Below are positions 63,275 through 64,000 of a stretch of DNA of 64,000 nucleotides, piece by piece. Below the pieces are notes generated by a model. That model saw only the letters and a list, made by a program, of their open reading frames with translations, searched no databases and had not been told where the DNA came from. This stretch comes from Octopus sinensis (taxonomy: Eukaryota): assembly GCF_006345805.1 (NCBI RefSeq), contig NC_042998.1, forward strand, positions 54,188,001-54,252,000, given 5' to 3'. Numbering within the stretch: position 1 is the stretch's first letter; every line of letters begins with the position of its first letter. The position numbers and the translations under genes are program-made.

Positions 63275-63937
63275 TATCTTTGGGTAATCAAATGATAAAA
63301 AAAGTACCAAACACATGTAGAATATATCAATTCATTCAAATCCGATGATTTATTCAGGTGGAGTTCACAGTTTATACATGCATGCACAAGAACATGTGCA
63401 TACACGCACACAAACCTTCCTCTTTCTGACATGACACAGGACTATGTAGGTGCAGACATTACTCATAAGGTTAAAATCAGTTTCTGACCATATGGTTCTG
63501 GACCCGATCTTTCTAGACAGCAGCTTGAGTTGCTAGCTTGACGCTATGGCATCACCAAAACCTTGTGGACAAACTTTAGTTAACACAGTGCAATACATCA
63601 TTATGTTTGCGTATATAAATGTATGGTTGCATGTGTGTATGTGTGTTTGTACACAATGATGATAAATGGTTGCATCGAACAAAAAGTACCCTGTGGTATT
63701 TAGTGAACCAAATTAAGTTCTTCTGCACTAAGTGGATGTTACCATTAAATCGATAAATTGATTACCAGACAAACTGTGATCAATATAATTGGCTAAATCC
63801 TTGAAACCAGTGAAAGAATAAATGAACACACATACACACACACACGTATATATACATACATACACATACATATTTACACAAATAAATAAATATATATATA
63901 TATATATGCACACACACATACATATACACACAAATAA

Positions 63938-63973
<36 letters not shown>

Positions 63974-64000
63974 GCATATATACACACAAATATTTATATA

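Overview
AT-rich, repeat-saturated animal genomic DNA. The SINE and RTE families and the microsatellite load look like an octopus (coleoid cephalopod) genome; this is inferred from repeat recognition, not from a search. The only host gene I can support is KATNIP/KIAA0556 on the minus strand. Two consecutive coding exons (20789-20931 and 4213-4314) splice in frame and encode part of the C-terminal DUF4457 region. They are separated by a 16.5-kb intron, and no further KATNIP exon is recognisable in the remaining ~43 kb or the first 4.2 kb. The rest is intronic: three tRNA-derived SINE families, RTE LINE fragments, a Dong/R4-like LINE 3' end, Penelope-like (PLE) remnants, decayed mariner/Tc1/pogo transposons, hAT/piggyBac/TA-type MITEs, a Helentron-like HINE, long hairpins, mini- and microsatellites, and several very recent tandem duplications with breakpoints in microsatellites. 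The most notable signal is a set of minimal type I hammerhead-ribozyme motifs in at least four unrelated short elements or palindromes. One pair, created by a 1.3-kb tandem duplication, lies in the sense strand of the KATNIP intron with the palindromic stem III typical of dimer-dependent hammerheads. Repeat boundaries are read by eye and approximate unless a TSD or TIR is quoted.
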